Source: Octopus sinensis
Taxonomy: Eukaryota
Assembly: GCF_006345805.1 (NCBI RefSeq)
Contig: NC_042999.1
Coordinates: forward strand, 33,666,001-33,730,000
Direction of reading: 5' to 3'
Length of the DNA: 64,000 nucleotides
This document shows, piece by piece, positions 11,968-23,355 of this stretch (the stretch's first letter is position 1; every line of letters starts with the position of its first letter). The notes below the pieces were generated by a model. The model was not told the DNA's origin, did no database searches, and saw nothing but the letters and a program-made list of their open reading frames with translations. Both the position numbers and the translations under genes were made by a program.

Positions 11968-12730
11968 TACAGGGTATAGTAAATTAACTGTCGTCTAAAT
12001 TACGCAAGAATGAAAATAACACTGACATCTCATTTTAACAGATGAATTTACTAAAATTACATAAAAATACATTGCATTAATTACTAAAGTGTAAACTTAT
12101 TCAGTAAAATAACCATTCGCTTTAACCCCGATCGCCAAACGACTTCGGAATCTTCTGTTGGTGAATGCTAATGTAATCCTTGCCTTCAGTTCATCTTTAG
12201 TGTTAAAAGGAGTTTTGTTGGCCTCTAACTCAACTGCGCCACACACATTAGAATCAAATGCATTGTAGTCTGGGTATTTAGGTAGCCAGTGGCGAAATGG
12301 TCGCAGAAATTGTCTGACAGCCATGACTGGGTTCTCCTGCTTCTGTGGCATGGTGCAGAGTCCTATTGTTAGACATAGGCTTTTCCAGTAGCCACCCTCT
12401 TGACTCAGAGTAGTACACCTTCCTCCAAGCACCTGATTTAAGCTTCCGTGTTGAGTGTGAGGCCGTGTGAGAAGACGAAGGGAGGCATAGCGTCGCCATC
12501 AATAGTGATCACTCCAAACACCATGATGTTCAATTGATGATTGATTTTTATTATTCTCAGTATATGCACGGTCCTCAGATTGGCACCCTAACACTGTGAA
12601 ATGTTTGTATTGGAGCTTCGGCGTGAATGCCAAGCGGTACAGCATGTTCTTTCCAAATTTCTGGCAGAGTAGATTGCGTTGTTGCGAATGGGTGTTTTTC
12701 TTCTCAGAGACGGTGTCCAACTGACTCTAC
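11968..12730 (-). mobile_element. Tc1/mariner transposon remnant (3' part of transposase plus one terminus)
   Basis: W.PKYPDYNAFD..VCG.VE..ANKTPFNTKDELKARI (degenerate WPPNSPDLNPLD region). Terminus TA|CAGGGT at 11968. Homologous to 50242-50480. Confidence 0.8.
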
Positions 12731-13048
12731 TATACTATGCAGTCAACAAATTCAAACAAAATGTATGAATATATGTATGTGTACATAAATATTGATCATA
12801 TATGTATGTGTATATAAATGTTGATCATAACCGACGGAGTGCTCCTTTTATATATATATATATATGATTTTGATTGATTTTTCCAGTTTCAGCTAATGAG
12901 CTGTGGCCATGCTGGGGCACCGCCATATATATATATATTTAAATAATGAGGGAGATAAATTAATATTAGTTTCAATATCAATTTAAAACCAGTAGTCTAG
13001 CATACACAAAATTTGAGAAATCAGAGAAAATTCTAATATGTGTGCATA

Positions 13049-13254
13049 TTGGCAGGGCAAGACTGCTAGGTAGTCGGCCGTATGCTAGAAATAGGTCATC
13101 AACGATCAAACTACAAGGAAAGTTCTCTAGAGGAAAAATTCAGCGAACACCAGAACCAAATGTGGCGAGCAGGACAGATGAACAGTTATATGTTTGATCG
13201 TTGATGATCTATTTCTAGCATACTGCCGACTACCTAGCAGTCTTGCCCTGCCAA
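13049..13254. mobile_element. 206 bp MITE-like element with 63 bp terminal inverted repeats, flanked by TA
   Basis: 13049-13111 versus the reverse complement of 13192-13254 has 2 mismatches in 63 bp. TA dinucleotide on both sides. Confidence 0.8.
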
Positions 13255-13257
13255 TAT

Positions 13258-13331
<74 letters not shown>

Positions 13332-13644
13332 CTATTCGTAAGTGTAAAGTGACAGTCTTAGAAAAAATAGGTTTCATATCTTGCGTGTACTAGAAATATC
13401 TTCAGTTTCTCTAAACGATAACTGTTCTCTGCAAAGAATTTTTTTTTTAAACACAGGAAACCCGGTGATAGTTGAAGAAACATTCGTCTTAAAATATTTG
13501 TCTTCCTTCGCTTGATAGCTAGGTTTTCCAATTTTGAAGTAAAAATTTCCGAAAATGTGGACAACTCCTCACGGCTTTTGTCATGTTAGTCCGTAAAGAT
13601 TATATATTTTTCTGCCATATACAATTTACATAGTCTTCTTCCAT

Positions 13645-14079
13645 GTGGACGGCCGATGTAACACCGAGGCTAGATTGTACCAAGCAAAGGTAGCCTCAAA
13701 CAGTAGCAGCAGCAATATCAGTAAAAGCAATGCCAACACAGGGAGACACACTAAAATTTATGTCGGATCTTGTGAATCTAAATTTAAAATTCGCCTGAAC
13801 AACCACAGACCTTCCTTCAGGGTCTCAGAGAGATGCAACACCACGGAAATCGCAGTAAACATATGGCGCCTAAAGGACGATCATATGCCCATTAACATCA
13901 GGTGTAAATTGCTAGAAACTTGTGGACCCTATCGCAATGGAACAAGAATATGTAAATTGTGTATGGCAGAAAAATATATAATCCTTATGAAATCACATGA
14001 GCCAGGAGGCTACCCGAACTCCAAGACGGAAGCCGTGGGGCGCTGTCCACATTTTCGGAAATTTTTACTTCACAATTGA
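13645..14079 (+). CDS. PLE GIY-YIG endonuclease domain
   Basis: Motifs as above. The frame is open to the natural stop. Confidence 0.85.
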   Translation: MDGRCNTEARLYQAKVASNSSSSNISKSNANTGRHTKIYVGSCESKFKIRLNNHRPSFRVSERCNTTEIAVNIWRLKDDHMPINIRCKLLETCGPYRNGTRICKLCMAEKYIILMKSHEPGGYPNSKTEAVGRCPHFRKFLLHN

Positions 14080-14212
14080 AAAACCTAGCTATCAAGCGAA
14101 GGAAGACAACTGGCCCAGCCATAATTTTTTAAGAGGAACATTTCTTCAACTATCACGGGCGTTCTTGTGTTATTTTTTAAAAGAAAACATTCTTTGCAGA
14201 GAATAGTTATCG

Positions 14213-14277
14213 TTTAGAGAAACTGAAGATGTCTAGTTCATGCTGATTTGAAACCAATTGGTGATTTTTTTCTAAAA
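14213..14277 (+). ncRNA. Degenerate type I hammerhead (mirror copy at 13357-13415, minus strand)
   Basis: UUUAGAGAAA-CUGAAGA-...-GAAA-CCAAUUGG-UGA-UUUUUUCUAAA. Stem III is the palindrome ACCAAUUGGU and stem I pairs, but position 17 is G. The mirror copy has ..UA at the site but has lost most of stem III. Confidence 0.6.
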
Positions 14278-15405
14278 CTTTTACATTACACATACAAAAA
14301 TATAAATCTGATCTATACTCTTTTTCTGATTATGATCTAATAAAGAAGATATATATGTATATATATATACGCACGCAAAAAAATTATATATTTGCACAGG
14401 GGATTATGTGGGTTTGAGTATGAATGTGTGTATGAGTATGCGAGTGTATTTGACTGTTTGTGCATTGTGTGTGTGTCTGTGTGTGTGGGTATTCATGAGT
14501 GCATGTATGTATCTATACTTCTAAGTAGGTCGTTTCTTTGATCGCATACAAATCGAATTTTCAGAGTAAGTAAGCAATTGAGTTAAATAAATAATGCTGT
14601 GCGGTCGCAGGGGGAAACATGGAGATCTAACATGGAAACATTTTTTTTAAATAAAAAGAAAGAAAACAGAAAATCTTTGCTTTAAAAAATCGTGGTAAGT
14701 GTAGCAGGTGTAAGAGCTGAGATGGAAGAAAAGTGAAAAGTGATAATAATTCCCCTTTCGGGATACTTTATGTGAATACACATTTAATGGACATGTACTG
14801 AATAATTGTATACTTACAATACATAAGTTAATCGATAGTTGAAAAGATGAAAAATGCTGCTTGAATATAGAACTACATAAATGGTAAGGAAATAAATAGA
14901 TATATATGTAGGTGAAAACTGAGTATATTTTAAAAACGTTGAAAAATAGATAGGGATATATTAAGACTAAAGAAACGTATAAGAGTAGGCGGGTGACCAC
15001 CGAGGAAAGGAGTTAAAGAAAAATATATTAATACAATTATACTTTAGTTAAATTTCAACAGAACCCAGACTTCTCCAACCAGATTACAGTTGCCTGTTTG
15101 ATTTGGAAAAGAAAAAAATTCAGATGGTTTAATTTAAATTTTAAGAACTTGTCTTAAAGAACTTAAAGAAGTAAATTTTAAGAACTTGCATTACCAGCTT
15201 ATAATTATTCTTCAACAATGATTCTCAGACACAATGAATTTGCAGACCCTGTAATTATTTCTATCCTATTCTTTTCCATCGTTAATAAGACTTTCTATAT
15301 TTCTCTTACCTCTGTCCCACTTAAACTACAAGTGTTTTCACTTTTTTATTTCACTATAACTCGTTGCCTTCTCAGCACTTAAGATTCTCTGATCATTTTT
15401 TGTTG

Positions 15406-15510
<105 letters not shown>

Positions 15511-16560
15511 TTACATATGCTTGTACGTATATAAACTCTTACCTATGTCAATACCCTGACCTCTAAGTTTTCTTTAAGCCTCCTCTGCTGACTAAATATT
15601 GTACGCCCAGATCCAATTATGTTTTAATTAAATATTTTGACTCTTCTGTTACTAACCCGTTTAATTCATTTGATCACCTTCTTTCATACTTTATCCACGT
15701 TCATCTAAGATCTTTGCATTACTAAAATTTGCAGTTAGCCTTCCTTCTGCAACTAGTTTGTTGTACATTTCCCTTATTGCAGACTCCTTATATTCATCTT
15801 CTTAGATCTCTGCAATTCGCCTTGCCACGCATTTTCGATCCCTTCCAATTTATATTTACACAATCGTTATAATCATCTATTCTTTTCATACATTTTAGCA
15901 CATTTTTAGTTTACATCTCACCTTTATCTAACGTATACTATCATTAACATATTCCACATTTCTATCGAATATGGCTGCCATACGAAATCCGAGTAGTTTC
16001 TTTAACATACTTCTGTAAATATATATACCGTCTTCTGTATACCCTATTGCATCAAGTATTTTTCCTTAAATAGGTTTCTATGACCAACAAGTTGCCTGAC
16101 TTTTCCCTCTTTTGAAAATTATTTACTCTTCTGAAATAGATATTCTCCACATCGCCTAATTTCAACGACATCATTCATATTTCTGTACATACAAATATTC
16201 CATAATGGTGGTTTATTCCTACATGCGTGAATACATTAATGCATACATATACAAACGTGAATATATATATATGTGTGTGTGTGTGCGTGTATGTGTGTGT
16301 GTACAAGAAAAGTGAAGAAATCAAACAACAGGAGGGAAAGGTTTGGCAACACCAGCCTCTTCCTCCACCAACATTGCCATGCAGCCCAATCCATTTTACC
16401 GTAACGAGTCAACGGAATAAAATGACATTCAAGGTCTACGTTCGATCTGCTCCACTCTCTTTGAATCACACTCATGCTTAAAAATTGCTGACATTCTACA
16501 TACGTCACATTGAATTAAACACAAACAGGGTCACGCAATGCAACCGCATGCGTGTATATA

Positions 16561-16600
<40 letters not shown>

Positions 16601-16605
<5 letters not shown>

Positions 16606-17731
16606 AATAAAATAGAACATATGCGTATATATAAACATATATGTACGTACCTACCTCTACATGTACATATACACGCATATATGTGTACAGGACACCAAAA
16701 AGACGTCGAACACATAGAGAGACGAAAAACATAGACACAAACCAAGGAACAGGACAAGCAAAAAAAAGGGATACAAGACAATTAGCACAACGAAAAATCC
16801 CCTTCTTCAGTCGCTAAGGTTTCATCTACTCTACGTTTCGAAGGATAAAAGCGAGACGTATCTTCGAAGAAACTTCCTTCCTGCGAAAAGCAAATCAATT
16901 AAAATTCTCAGATCTTTTCGCAGAGGGGTAAAAAATGGTAAAAAAATGGTAAATAAAAAAAACAAGCAAGACGGTAACGACAGTACAAACATATAAACAG
17001 TAAAAAAATATATATAAACAGTGGAAAAATAAATATATAACAGTGAGAGACAGGACAAGGAGAACAAGATAAGAAGGGCTGTTTACGCCAGACGAAAAAA
17101 GTATTGCAAACGCTGGATTATAGTGGACGACGAGAGAGCAGGAATGTCGACCAGTGGCCTTAGAAGGCGGGCGAGAAAAGACAGGATAGCAGTTACGACG
17201 GAAGTATCGTCGCAGATGGACGACGGGAATGGGGGAGGAGGAGCAAGAGGAAGAGAGAGAAGAAGGGGAATGGTGCGAGGAGACCATGAAGAATGGTGAG
17301 GGGGAGAGAGAGAATGAAGAATGAGAGAGAGAGGAAGAGACATGTTAAGTGAGGGAAAAAAGACGAAAAAGGGAATGGGATAGAAAGAAAGAAAGATGCA
17401 GAGTCGCGTGAGAGTTAATATCAAGGCTAACTTGATAAACAGAACAATCTTACTTAATAGGGTGCGTGCGTTTAGTCGTATAATATGTTAATAAAATAGA
17501 ACATATGCGTATATATAAACATATATGTACGTACCTACCTCTACATGTACATATACACGCATATATGTGTACAGGACACCAAAAAGACGTCGAACACATA
17601 GAGAGACGAAAGACATAGACACAAACCAAGGAACAGGACAAGCAAAAAAAAGGGATACAAGACAATTAGCACAACGAAAAATCCCCTTCTTCAGTCGCTA
17701 AGGTTTCATCTACTCTACGTTTCGAAGGATA
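16601..17731 (-). mobile_element. Non-autonomous PLE-derived/retrozyme-like element: 884 bp unit with 247 bp terminal direct repeats
   Basis: 16601-16847 and 17485-17731 differ at one base. Flanked by TA-type microsatellites. Contains a rearranged hammerhead at the repeat boundary. Confidence 0.8.
16797..16860 (-). ncRNA. Hammerhead ribozyme with non-circularly permuted strand order
   Basis: Minus strand: UACG-UC/UCGCU-UUU-AUCCUUC-GAAA-CGUA-(16 nt)-AGCGA-CUGAAGA-AGGGGAU. Stem I UCGCU/AGCGA, stem III ACGUA/UACGU, stem II AGGGGAU/AUCCUUC (A.C, 2 G.U, 4 Watson-Crick). Confidence 0.75.
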
Positions 17732-17754
17732 TACATACATACATATATACATAC

Positions 17755-17802
<48 letters not shown>

Positions 17803-17819
17803 GTATATATATATATAAA

Positions 17820-17900
17820 TTGGCACGCCGACGACGGTTCCAATTGATCCGATCTACAGAAAAGCCTGCTCGTGAAATTTACGTGCATGTGACTGTGCAC
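17820..17900 (-). mobile_element. 3' fragment of SINE family A
   Basis: Reverse complement 'cacgtaaatttcacgagcaggc...gatcggatcaattggaaccgtcgtcg' matches 3935-4005. Confidence 0.7.
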
Positions 17901-18739
17901 AAACGCGCGTTCCCTTAATTTAGTTCTCAGATAGATCCAACTTCGACTGAATGTAACAAAACCGACACTTTAACATACATGAACTACTCATTTTTGCCAG
18001 CTAAATGGACTGGGTTAACGTTAAATAAAGTTTATTGCACAAGGACACCACGCGCCACCATGTAACGAACTGACAACCTTACGATCTTGAACCGAATACA
18101 CAAACCACATAACCACGCGCATTTATTCTACACAGACACAGACACACACACACACACACAACACACACACACACTTATATATATATATATTTATATATAT
18201 ATATATATGTCTATATATATATATATAACGTATGTATATATATATATATGTACATATATATATTTATAAATATATGTCTCTATATATATATAATATATAT
18301 ATATACATTCATATTTATATATATATATGTGTGTGTGTGTCTGTGTGTTTGTGTGTGTGTGTGTGTGTATGTTAGTACAGTTTCCTTGATTCATTGCATG
18401 ATATAGATAATTGAGTACGATTTGTTATATCGAACGGAATGCAATTTATGTAAGTTAGGAAAAATATTACAAGTAGATGGTTTGTATTTAAAATTGAATG
18501 TCAAACACCACTGCAGTGACCAGGGAACAGAGAATTCAGTTCATAACATACTTTTCCGAAGAATACCTGAGCAAGTATCCCCAACTCAGAAATACTGAAA
18601 TAAAAGGTAAAAGTACAAACTATGTACTTGTATTACGTCTTACAACTTATTATGGGTTATAAAAATAATTTGGCTGTAAAAGGATACAACATTCAAATAA
18701 TACAAATATGGATATAAATACATAGGTACATATATATAC

Positions 18740-18784
<45 letters not shown>

Positions 18785-18878
18785 TATATATATATATACA
18801 TATATATAATATATATATATATATACACCTATATATATATATACATATATATATATACATATATATTATATATATATA

Positions 18879-18949
<71 letters not shown>

Positions 18950-19342
18950 GTATATTCTACCGACCGATAGAACTATGAATTGGTGCACAATTTATCTACG
19001 AGAGGTACACAAATACACTACTATTTAAAACCAAAATTCCTGTAACCTAATGAAGGTGGTTTTTAAAATCTTGTTCTCCTGGAAATCGTTAATGATGCTA
19101 CAGAAGGCCTCCAGGGCCTGCAGATACTGTGCACTATTAATATAGTTATATTCAGTTCAAAGAACTACACACTAGTGCTGCTGCGGCCAAGCAATAATAT
19201 ATATCCAAACTAGCTATCCATATATGAATACACACACAGATGCACACACACATACACACACACATACACACACACACACACAAAGACACACATGCACATG
19301 CATGCACCTTATCGTGGATACAATGTATACATACCTACATGC

Positions 19343-19373
<31 letters not shown>

Positions 19374-20146
19374 ATACTTAAGTGCATGCATATGTATGCC
19401 AATATTCTGTAAACGTCGGAATAAATGACTGAACTTATTCTACACACACACACACACACACACATGCACAAGCATACACCTCAACGTCGATGCAATGTAT
19501 ATATATATACTTACATGCCAATATTCTGTAAACGTCGGAATAAATGACTGAATTGAAATGTTTATAGATTCTTCATAAGTTGTCACTTTATTACACATTT
19601 ACATCTTTAACTCTGACAGGTTTGGGATTCGTTCTTAAACTAGTTCCATGGTAATATTGATATGCCTATTTGTTTGTTACAATACAATTGGAGATATGAT
19701 TATATATAGCGTAAATTATTATACTATTTTTCATAATGATTGAGTCTAAACAGATGCAGAAATATCCATATCTGTCACTAAGAAATATGTGTAAATATTC
19801 CGATGTATTTATTGTCTAACAGACAGTGAGCCATTCGTTAAAACTTTGTTTAAATGACTATCCTTTCTCGATAGCTCATGAGAGGAAACCGTTTTGCAAA
19901 TTCCATACATGTATTGTTCAAGTAATAAGAGAGATGTGCACCACCAGGAACGACTAAAGTGTACATGAGAAGACCAACAAAAAAATATCAACTAATAGCA
20001 AAAGCTAAAGGTGATGATCAATTTACATATTAGTATATATTGTTTGCAAAATATTCCTATTCCCAAGTATTCATATATATGTTCGTGTGTGTGTGTGTGT
20101 GTGTGTATGTTTGTGTGTGTGCGTGTATGTGTGTGTGTGTGTGTGT

Positions 20147-20200
<54 letters not shown>

Positions 20201-20612
20201 GGTGGCGAGCTGGCAGAAACGTTAGCGCGCCGGGCGAAAAGCTAGCGGTATTTCGTCTGCCGCTACGTTCAGAGTTCAAGTTCTGTCGAGGTCGACTTTG
20301 CCTTTCATCCTTTCGGGGTCGATAAATTAAATACCAGTTGCACACTGGGATCAATATAATCGTCTTAATCCGTCTGTCTGTCCTCGTTTGTTCCTTCTGT
20401 GTTTAGCCCCTTGTGGGTAGTAATGAAATAGGTATTTCGTCTATTGTTACGTTCTGAGTTCAAATTCCGCCGAGGTCGACTTTGCCTTTCATCCATTCGG
20501 GGTCGATAAATAAAGTTCCAGTTTCGCACTGGGATCGATGTAATCGACTTAATCCCTTCGTCTGTTTTTGTTCGTCCCCTCTATGTTTAGCCCCTTGTGG
20601 GTAGTAAAGAAA
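20201..20612 (+). mobile_element. SINE family B, head plus tandemly repeated ~185 bp body
   Basis: ggcgagctggcagaaacgttagc head. The body ggtatttcgtct...gttcaaattc...gtcgactttgcctttcatcc...gtttagccccttgtgggtagtaa occurs twice. Confidence 0.85.
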
Positions 20613-20653
20613 TATATATATGTGTGTGTGTGTGTGTGTATGTTTGTGTGTGT

Positions 20654-20950
20654 GGAGGTAGTTAGGGCAGCAGACTCGCGGTCGTAAGATCGCGTTTTCG
20701 ATCCCCTGACCGGGCATTGTGAGCATTTATTGAGTGAAAGCACCTAAAACTCCACAAGGCTCCGGCAGCGGGGTGGTGGTGAATTCTGCTGTACTATTTC
20801 ACCACAGCTTTCTGTCACTCTTTCCTCCTGGTTCTGTTGTACCTGTATTTCAAAGGGCCAGCCTTGTCACACTTCGTGTCACGCTGAATCTCTTCGAGAA
20901 CTATGTTAAGGGTACACGTGTCTGTGGAGTGCTCAGCCCCTGCACGTTAT
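20654..20950 (+). mobile_element. tRNA-derived SINE family A (longer form)
   Basis: Collinear with 3762-4018 at both ends, with ~125 bp of extra middle. Confidence 0.8.
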
Positions 20951-21227
20951 TAAATGAGTACCAAGCTGTATCAGCCTTTGTCCTTCCCTGGGATAACATC
21001 GGTGGCGTGGAGAGTGGAAGCTGACATGTGTGGGCGACTGCTGGTCCTCTATAAACAAACTTGCCCAGACTTATGCCTCGGAGGGTAACTTTCTAGTTGC
21101 AATCACATGGTCATTCATGACCGAAGGGGGTCACACAATATATATGTGTATACATATTTATTTATATATATATATGTGTGTGTATGCATGGGAGTGTGTG
21201 TGTGTGTATGTGTGTGTATGCGTGCGA

Positions 21228-21260
<33 letters not shown>

Positions 21261-21779
21261 GTCAACCCTGCAGCCCTTATGATATCGGATTTGATGAGAT
21301 CGAGTATACGTGTGCTAATGATACCTCTCTCACTCTTAGAGCACAGGTTTTCTTGTATGTTTGGGTGATGGCGCTTCTAAGAAGTATTGAGTGCAGGGAA
21401 GTGTTTATTTCTTAAATGATTTTTGTTCTGTCTGCAAGGCTATTTATTTTCGGTGATTGTTTAATGCATGTCATATAGTCATTTTGGAATTTAAGGAAGG
21501 GGTTAGAATAATGCCCAAAGCTTACCTTATATACAATGTTCCATAGGTAAGCTTACCTTATATACAATGTTTCATAGGTAAGTCTTGAAATAATCAAAGA
21601 CTTTCATACGTGGCGGGTTTGAAATTCGCAGTGCTAACGAATGTGAATCAAATATTTTGATCCATATAAAATTGTTTATCCCAATAAATTTGTTGAGTGA
21701 CCTTCTCCCATTTGTCCACTGACTCTTAAAATTGCTCCATACTCTGTTGAGCGACATTCGCGAACGTCTGACCAACAGT

Positions 21780-22630
21780 TTGCATTGGAGAGACAATGCC
21801 TATCGTTCTCTCTGAGCAATCACCTAATACCTCCAAGAAACATCTACATGACACGACTTACGGAAAAGACGGAAAGTGTCTGCAAATGCATGCGCTGGAA
21901 GGCTTCCTTCTACAAGAATCCGTCCACCACCATATATATGGATATCTACGCTCCTAGCAAAAACGTCTTACAAAAACGTTTTGGCTAGGAGCGAGATTAC
22001 TGAGAGGCAAACGTATATAGACAATCTTCAAACACCCTCTACTCACATCAAAAGGTTTAGGAACAGGGAAATTATATGATATAACCCCTCCTGCAATCTA
22101 GAAGTTCCCACCTATTTAGCTAGGGGGTTCTTGTCGTTAATTAAGAAAGGCTTCCCCAGAGGCCACAAGTATTTCGATTCTTCAACCCCCATTATGTCAT
22201 GGTGAGCTACTCCTGCTTAGACAGTATGCAGACAGTAACATCAGAATAAATACACGCGCACCAACCCCAACACCAACTTTCAACTTCCTAATCCCCACCA
22301 TGTGCCCTCTAGAAATATCCTGCCTCTCAAGGGCTGTAGTATACAAAACCACCCTTAGACCATCCGGTAGCGTTACCAGGCACTATACGAGTGTGACAGC
22401 TAATGACTTCCAGGAAAGATACTCCCAGCATATGCACTCGTTCAGATCCAGGGACAGAGATAACTGTACTTTCCTGTCTCACTTTCTCCGCAGACTCCGT
22501 GACCTCCACGAAAACTGCATATCCTTCAAACCGGCAGTATCCCCCAAAAAGAAATACGATTTATGGTTTTGCTGTCACCAGAGGTATGCCCTGGACCTTT
22601 AAACGCAGACCCCAAAGACAGAAGAAATGC
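21780..22630 (+). pseudogene. Penelope-like element remnant lacking the RT core (N-terminus, linker and GIY-YIG)
   Basis: FSLSNHLIPP..YMTRLTEKTESVCKCMRWKASFY (PLE N-terminal 'K.MRWKA.F' block), YNPPCNLEVPT..ARGFLSLIKKGFP...SYSC (WFNPP linker), and CPLEISCL..VVYK...FQERYSQHMHSF (GIY-YIG). Confidence 0.75.
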
Positions 22631-22719
22631 TGCCTAGCTTTTCGTCCAACGCAGCAATAATTTTCCCAGATCATCGCAATTCTACTACTATTACTAATAA
22701 TAATTGCTTTTTCTTATTT

Positions 22720-22916
22720 TAGCTCAAGACTTGCAATTTGAGGGTAAGTTGATTACATCGAGTTACCGAGTGCTCAACTGGTATTTTTATTTTATCCACC
22801 TCTAAATGAGGAAAGGCAAAGTCAACCTCAGCAGAATTCGAACTAGAGAACGTGAGGACGGACAACATACCACTAAAACTGTTATCCGCGTGCTAACACT
22901 TCCGCAAGCTTGTTGC
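22720..22916 (-). mobile_element. SINE family B, diverged
   Basis: aactggtatttttatttatccacc...gaaaggcaaagtcaacctcagcagaattcgaact. Confidence 0.7.
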
Positions 22917-23149
22917 TTTAACATACACTGAATAGTAATTTTTTGTTAATTCTGTTTTGTAGAACACAGGCTTCTATTTAATATATTATATTCCAACCAT
23001 CAATTTACCATTAAATGATTATATTTCAAATCAATAGTTTATTGTTCAAATGTGTTTCAAGTTTTTGACTATGTTTCTAATGTTTATTGAAAATTGACTG
23101 TTAATTAATAGTTTTTAATAGAATGCTCTATTTATGCTAAAACAACTTT

Positions 23150-23355
23150 AGGCGGCGCGCTGGCAGAATCTCCACCACACTAGCCAAAATGCATTTTTGG
23201 CAACTTTACGTTATGCATTCAAATGCTGCCGAAGTTGACTTTTACTTTCACCATTTCGCAATCGATAAAATAATCACAATTTGAGCTCTGGGGTCGATGT
23301 AATCGACTAAACCCCTCCCACGAAATTGCTGGTTTTGTACCAAAATTTGATGCTA
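23150..23355 (+). mobile_element. SINE family B, diverged
   Basis: ggcggcgcgctggcagaa...gccgaagttgacttttactttcaccatttcgcaatcgataaa. Confidence 0.7.

Larger units (their letters stand above)
13357..14277 (+). mobile_element. 5'-truncated Penelope-like element with inverted pLTR
   Basis: GIY-YIG ORF 13645-14079 (LYQAKV...IYVGSCESKFKIRLNNHRPSF...IWRLK...CKLCMAEKYII...RCPH). 13357-13643 is an inverted, diverged copy of ~13935-14277. Confidence 0.88.

Noticed and set aside
16828-16846. Reading the 16.8 kb motif as an ordinary minimal hammerhead cutting at GAAACGUA
   Set aside because: No CUGANGA lies upstream (only UCGAAGA) and the sequence after GUA has no adjacent stem I partner. The rearranged fold explains all three stems. 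A dimeric conventional fold is not formally excluded.
18560-19990. Candidate host exons (minus-strand acceptor at ~18600, frames YLQALEAFCSII and MEFAKRFPLMSY)
   Set aside because: No consistent splice pairs or recognisable protein. RNA-seq is needed.
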